Positions 63,094 through 64,000 of a stretch of 64,000 nucleotides of DNA are shown here, piece after piece. The stretch is from Eukaryota sp. GEM-RC1. Lineage: Eukaryota. A program made the position numbers and the translations under genes. How positions within the stretch are numbered: position 1 is the first letter of the stretch; the number at the start of each line of letters is the position of its first letter. The stretch covers positions 930,001 to 994,000 of the forward strand of contig JAUFOQ010000010.1 in assembly GCA_040285855.1 (NCBI GenBank), read 5' to 3'. Under the pieces are notes generated by a model. The model saw nothing but the letters and a program-made list of their open reading frames with translations. It ran no database searches and was not told the origin of the DNA.

Positions 63094-63540
63094 GTGTTCT
63101 ATGAACCGGCTAGAATTTCCGATTTCTATCTACATTACAACTCAAGTGGTCCTGAAGGCGCTATTGCAATTGCTGAAGCTTTGAAGGTGAATTCTTCAGT
63201 TTCTACGATCAATCTACATAGCAACTCAATTGGTCCTGAAGGCGCTACTGCAATTGCTGAAGCTTTGAAGGTGAATTCTTCAGTTTCTACGATCAATCTA
63301 CATAGCAACTCAATTGGTCCTGAAGGCGCTATTGCAATTGCTGAAGCTTTGAAGGTGAATTCTTCAGTTTCTACGATTTATCTATCTAATAACTCAATTG
63401 GTCCTGAAGGTGCTATTGCAATTGCTGAAGCTTTGAAGGTGAATTCTTCAGTTTCTACGATTTATCTATCTAATAACTCAATTAACAGTCAAACACAACA
63501 ATCATTAAAATCACTGCACAAGAATAGAATTCGTTTCTAA
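63094..63540 (+). pseudogene. Headless LRR cassette 8 (5 modules)
   Basis: Same structure as the other cassettes. Confidence 0.75.
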
Positions 63541-64000
63541 AGATATTTTCCTCTGATATAAAGATCACCCCATTATAAGTTACACATGAACAAATATCAA
63601 AGCAGGTTAGCAGTTGATCTTACACAGATTGATTTTCAGTTTTACCCGGTAATTAAGATTCGTCATATCGAAAAGTTCATTTGCTATTGTTTTCAACAAC
63701 ACCACGTATTAATTGGTATCTGGAAATGATGTAAAATTATTCTTTTGTTTTGAAATATTTCGAATCACCGACACAATGTCTCGTTATTAACACGGTTGTA
63801 TTTTTTCTCAAAAAACAGCTTAATTGTCGTTGAGTTGAGTGAGGCTTTGATTATTCTCAGTGATTTATAAGATGTACAGTATCCTTTTGTATCTATTCCA
63901 TAGATATTTTAGTCATGGTAATTTATTAAATATTGGTCAAAATTAGGTTGTTCGTTAGATTCTGTTTTAGTGATCTGTGATTTAATTGGAAATCTGGTCA

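Larger units (their letters stand above)
53896..64000 (+). repeat. Tandem array of [550-568 bp spacer + headless LRR cassette]; at least 8 units, runs off the window end
   Basis: Near-identical spacers (the same sequence as the TRIM-like gene's 3' flank) separate cassettes of 5, 7, 9, 8, 6, 12, 7 and 5 modules. Confidence 0.97.

Noticed and set aside
52210..63540. CRISPR-like appearance (constant repeat plus short variable segment)
   Set aside because: The period is exactly 84 bp and in frame, the units encode LRRs, variable segments are reused, there are no cas genes, and the context is eukaryotic.
51184..64000. Diversity-generating retroelement
   Set aside because: No intact RT and no TR/VR pair; the differences are not adenine-specific.

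Overview
AT-rich, intron-poor eukaryotic genomic DNA, probably from a protist: two short introns have a GTRTGT donor and a fused branch point/acceptor (YTAACCAYAG), reminiscent of metamonads (inference). The window is a rapidly evolving LRR-gene region full of transposon debris. Contents: (i) a degraded, intron-containing CRESS-DNA-virus-like Rep fragment; (ii) a BTB-SPRY-like gene, its partial duplicate and a five-RRM gene; (iii) MULE and hAT transposase remnants, several non-autonomous TIR elements with 8-bp TSDs, and RLE-type non-LTR retrotransposon fragments; (iv) ten co-oriented copies of a family with a Ser-rich leader, an uncharacterised conserved domain and 28-aa RI-like LRRs, some intact and some broken, including a ~4 kb segmental duplication; (v) tRNA-Asp(GTC). 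The most striking part is a TRIM-like RING/B-box/B-box/helical/LRR gene (51184-53895). It is followed by at least eight tandem LRR cassettes with no in-frame ATG. Each cassette carries a different number and order of 84-bp modules, which vary almost only at predicted ligand-facing residues. This looks like an expression locus with a variable donor archive, but that role is a hypothesis, not a demonstrated function.
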